A stretch of DNA of 64,000 nt from contig CABRGT010000002.1 of the NCBI GenBank assembly GCA_902470475.1, positions 25,046 through 89,045 on the forward strand, given 5' to 3'. Source of the DNA: an uncultured Porphyromonadaceae bacterium. Its GTDB lineage: Bacteria; Bacteroidota; Bacteroidia; Bacteroidales; Muribaculaceae. The position numbers and the translations under genes were made by a program. Positions 61,458 through 64,000 of the stretch are shown here, one piece after another (the stretch's first letter is position 1; each line of letters begins with the position of its first letter). The notes beneath the pieces were generated by a model. That model searched no databases. It was given only the letters and a program-made list of their open reading frames with translations, and was not told the DNA's origin.

Positions 61458-63704
61458 TCAGAAAGTCAGACCCACGGTACCCATGACGTGACAGGTGGCC
61501 TGGGCGGCAAATCCGGCGTAGCGGTAAATCTCCGGCTTGCCGTCGTCGCCTACGGTGTAGCCCGCGCCCGTATAGCCGTTGTTGAAATACTTCTTGTTGA
61601 AGATATTGTATATCGAGAACGAAAGGTTCAGAGCCTTCACCCCTTTGATCTTCGTGAACTTATAGCCCAGGTGCAGATCCGACACGCAGTAGCCGTCGAG
61701 CTTTGCGATGGCCGAGCGGGCGTTGTTCATATACTGCGACGATACATAGCGGGTATTCAGCGAAGCCGAGAAATCAGCCACGTGGAAATTAAAGGCATTG
61801 TTGAAGATAAAGTCAGGCGAGAATGCTATCGGCGTGTTGCCGCAGTCGATCGAGATCGGATTGGTCCACTCATCCTCATAGATATACTCAGTGAAATTCT
61901 TGATGCGGTTGCGCGACAAGGTGGCGTTGACGCTCCAGTCAAACCAGCTCAGCGGAGTCAGCGTACCCTGCAGTTCGATACCCATGCGGTAGCTGTCGGG
62001 GACGTTCACGCTCAGCGGATTACCCGTGTCCGACAGCTGGCCGGTCACCACAAGCTGATCCTTATAGTCCATATAGTAGAGGTTGGCGCCGACAGTCACG
62101 AGCTTATTACCCCACGAATAGCCGGCCTCATAGTCGAACAGACGTTCAGCCGTCGGATAGTGGTTGGGATCGCCGTCGGTGAAGTTGTCGCGCACAGGTT
62201 CCTTGTGGGCCACGCTCCACGACACGAATGCGCGGTGTGCGCCCGACGTGTACGTAAGGCCCGCCTTGGGATTGAAGAAATTATAGTTGCGGAGCACATC
62301 CAGCTGCGCGGGACCGTCGATGTTATAGTCATAGTTGTCGCTGATACCCCGGATCGAATAGCGGATATGGCGGAACTGCAGATCGGCGTAGCCCGAAAGG
62401 CCGCGGCATATCTCCACGTCGGCGCGTCCGTAGATATTGGTGTCGAACTTGCGGCCCACATTGAAATAATATTCCTGCAGAGGATCTATCGCGCCGACGA
62501 AGTTACGCACCCAGGCGATGCGGCCGAAGTGATTGCCGCGGTGCCAGTTGGCGGCGCCGCCGATCACGGCATTCAGACGTCCTCCCGTATAGTTGATGTT
62601 GAACATACCGCCGCCGAAGTCATTGTCGTTATATTTCAGCCGGATAAGGTCGCTCTTCTTCACGAGCTGGCCCTCTGCGTTGTAGAACGGCTCAAGTCCA
62701 TACTCGGCCAGCGTGCGGTTGGTCTTGTACTGATTGTAATAGCCGTCGCCCTTGGTGTAATGGAATGTCACGTTCAGGCGCCAGCGGTCCGCCAGGCGCT
62801 GGGAGCCGATCAGCTGTATGTGATGCTGCACGAAGTGGTCGAACTGGTCGCGGTAATATGCCGTGGAGCCGTCGGCCGCCGCGTATTCGCCGCAGGGATT
62901 GTAGCGGCGTCCGAACTCAGCCATCTGCTCCTTCGACGCATAATCCCAGGCCATATAGGTCTGTTCCTTGCCGCCGAAAGCCACCAGTCGTACCGTTGTG
63001 TTGGCATCCATGTAGGCAAGCTGGCCCATGTAGCTCCACAGCTTCGAATAGGCGCGGTCGATATAGCCGTCCGAGCCGATGTGCGAGAAGCGGGCGTCCA
63101 CACTCCAGTGGTCGCCGAACAGCCCGGAATTCACCTTCACAGTCTCGCGGTTGGAGTTATACGAGCCGTACGAGGCTATCACCTCCGCCGACGGCTGATA
63201 CGACGGTGCGTCGGTGATCATGTTGATGCTGGCTCCGAACGCGCCTGCCCCGTTGGTCGACGTGCCCGCGCCGCGCTGGATCTGGATGTCGCGCAGCGAC
63301 GAGGCCAGGTCCGGCATGTTCACCCAGTACACGTTGCCGCTCTCCGAGTCATTGATTGGCACACCGTTGGCGGTGATATTGATGCGTGTCGGATCCGTAC
63401 CGCGAACGCGGATCGACGAATAGCCGATACCGCCGCCGGCGTCGCCTGTGACTACGACCGACGGTGTCGACGAGATCATGAACGGAATGTCGCGTCCGTC
63501 ATTGGCGGCGTCGATGTCTGCGGCCGTGAAATTCGTAAAGGCCACAGGCGTGCGGTCGTTGGCGCGGTTGGCCACGACTTCTACGTCTTTCAGATTAATC
63601 ACTGAGGAATCGGCCACGGCGGCATCCGACTGGGCGGCATGCGCGGTGGCGGGCACAGCGGCGGCAAGGGCCACTACACCTTTCAGAAGCTGTTTCTTCA
63701 TCAT
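61458..63704 (-). CDS. TonB-dependent receptor, putative thiamine importer
   Basis: Signal peptide; LKDVEVVA; DAGGGIGYSSIRVRGTDPTRINIT.NGVPIND.ES, QRGAGTSTNGAGAFGASIN; C-terminal Phe; downstream of a TPP riboswitch. Confidence 0.92.
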   Translation of the reverse strand: MMKKQLLKGVVALAAAVPATAHAAQSDAAVADSSVINLKDVEVVANRANDRTPVAFTNFTAADIDAANDGRDIPFMISSTPSVVVTGDAGGGIGYSSIRVRGTDPTRINITANGVPINDSESGNVYWVNMPDLASSLRDIQIQRGAGTSTNGAGAFGASINMITDAPSYQPSAEVIASYGSYNSNRETVKVNSGLFGDHWSVDARFSHIGSDGYIDRAYSKLWSYMGQLAYMDANTTVRLVAFGGKEQTYMAWDYASKEQMAEFGRRYNPCGEYAAADGSTAYYRDQFDHFVQHHIQLIGSQRLADRWRLNVTFHYTKGDGYYNQYKTNRTLAEYGLEPFYNAEGQLVKKSDLIRLKYNDNDFGGGMFNINYTGGRLNAVIGGAANWHRGNHFGRIAWVRNFVGAIDPLQEYYFNVGRKFDTNIYGRADVEICRGLSGYADLQFRHIRYSIRGISDNYDYNIDGPAQLDVLRNYNFFNPKAGLTYTSGAHRAFVSWSVAHKEPVRDNFTDGDPNHYPTAERLFDYEAGYSWGNKLVTVGANLYYMDYKDQLVVTGQLSDTGNPLSVNVPDSYRMGIELQGTLTPLSWFDWSVNATLSRNRIKNFTEYIYEDEWTNPISIDCGNTPIAFSPDFIFNNAFNFHVADFSASLNTRYVSSQYMNNARSAIAKLDGYCVSDLHLGYKFTKIKGVKALNLSFSIYNIFNKKYFNNGYTGAGYTVGDDGKPEIYRYAGFAAQATCHVMGTVGLTF

Positions 63705-63709
63705 TTAAT

Positions 63710-63795
63710 TTTCTCTACGCCGGTACTAACCGGTTCAGGTTCAAAGGGTATAATCTCAGCTCCCGGCCTATGACAGCCGGGCGCACCCCTAACTA
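63710..63795 (-). ncRNA. TPP (thi-box) riboswitch
   Basis: Minus strand: AGGGGTGC-[CCCGGC/GCCGGG P3]-GCTGAGATTATACCCTTTGAACCTGAACCGGTTAGTACCGGCGTAGAGAA. Confidence 0.93.
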
Positions 63796-63847
63796 TTGTT
63801 AATGAACTCTTGGCCTGCGCGGAAATGCTTGCCGCACAAAACCGCCG

Positions 63848-63855
63848 CAAAGTTA
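63848..63855 (-). promoter_or_regulatory. -7 promoter element of the thiamine operon
   Basis: TAACTTTG on the minus strand, about 50 nt upstream of the aptamer. Confidence 0.65.
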
Positions 63856-63879
63856 ATAATTTTAACTAACGTGACAAAG

Positions 63880-63917
63880 AAAAAAAATGCCTCGGACCGA
63901 TTTTGACCCGAGGCATT
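63880..63917 (-). terminator. Terminator of ackA
   Basis: AATGCCTCGG/CCGAGGCATT stem with a T-run on the minus strand. Confidence 0.8.
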
Positions 63918-63937
63918 ATATTATAATTGTATTGTTG

Positions 63938-64000
63938 TCAGAGTTTCGACACTATGCTCTTTGTGTCCAGAGCGATCATAAGCTCCTCGTCCGTCGGAAT
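63938..64000 (-). CDS. ackA: Acetate kinase, 3' end (partial)
   Basis: Hand translation IPTDEELMIALDTKSIVSKL* contains the acetate kinase C-terminal PT(D/N)EE motif. Confidence 0.8.
   Translation of the reverse strand: MPTDEELMIALDTKSIVSKL

Noticed and set aside
61449..63605. 718-aa plus-strand ORF (also 14891..16423, 41410..42861, 8615..9820, 16643..17563 and similar)
   Set aside because: Each lies antisense to a well-supported gene and has no recognisable motifs. These are shadow ORFs expected from GC3-rich codon usage.

Overview
A 64-kb stretch of mostly core chromosome from a fairly GC-rich Bacteroidales bacterium, most likely Muribaculaceae. That call is an inference from the TAnnTTTG -7 promoter elements, the short Bacteroidetes-type primary sigma factor, RprXY and the 'YYNLQG..V.NP..GLYI' C-terminal sorting tails. 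Housekeeping genes include htpG, rprXY, class I fumarase, ftsH, rsfS, a lolE-like permease, feoAB, dnaB, typA, folP, cdaA, lepA, nhaA, lptF/G, ribBA, rpoD and the 3' end of ackA. A TPP-riboswitch-controlled thiamine uptake operon (TonB receptor + PnuC/PnuT) is also present. I found no tRNA/rRNA, CRISPR array, IS or prophage. The accessory or unexplained parts are cell-surface related: (i) a partial alpha-2-macroglobulin-like gene, missed by the ORF track, with a sharp internal GC shift; (ii) two tandem, apparently non-catalytic multi-domain secreted paralogues with T9SS-like tails, followed by an attenuator-like RNA segment and a CE1-type esterase, with no SusC/D; (iii) two surface-glycan cassettes (a GT4 pair; a low-GC LtaS-like + GT-C pair), each wedged between a housekeeping terminator and a tail-to-tail gene; (iv) an orphan wza-wzc pair; (v) an atypical UvrD helicase with a membrane-protein partner. 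Regulatory oddities are a sigma54-like promoter before htpG, many near-leaderless genes and a TPP aptamer variant. The lolE-like gene lacks its expected stop codon exactly at an 11-nt match to the Illumina adapter, probably an assembly artefact. I cannot show from sequence alone that any of this is a new system; (ii) and (iii) are the best candidates.
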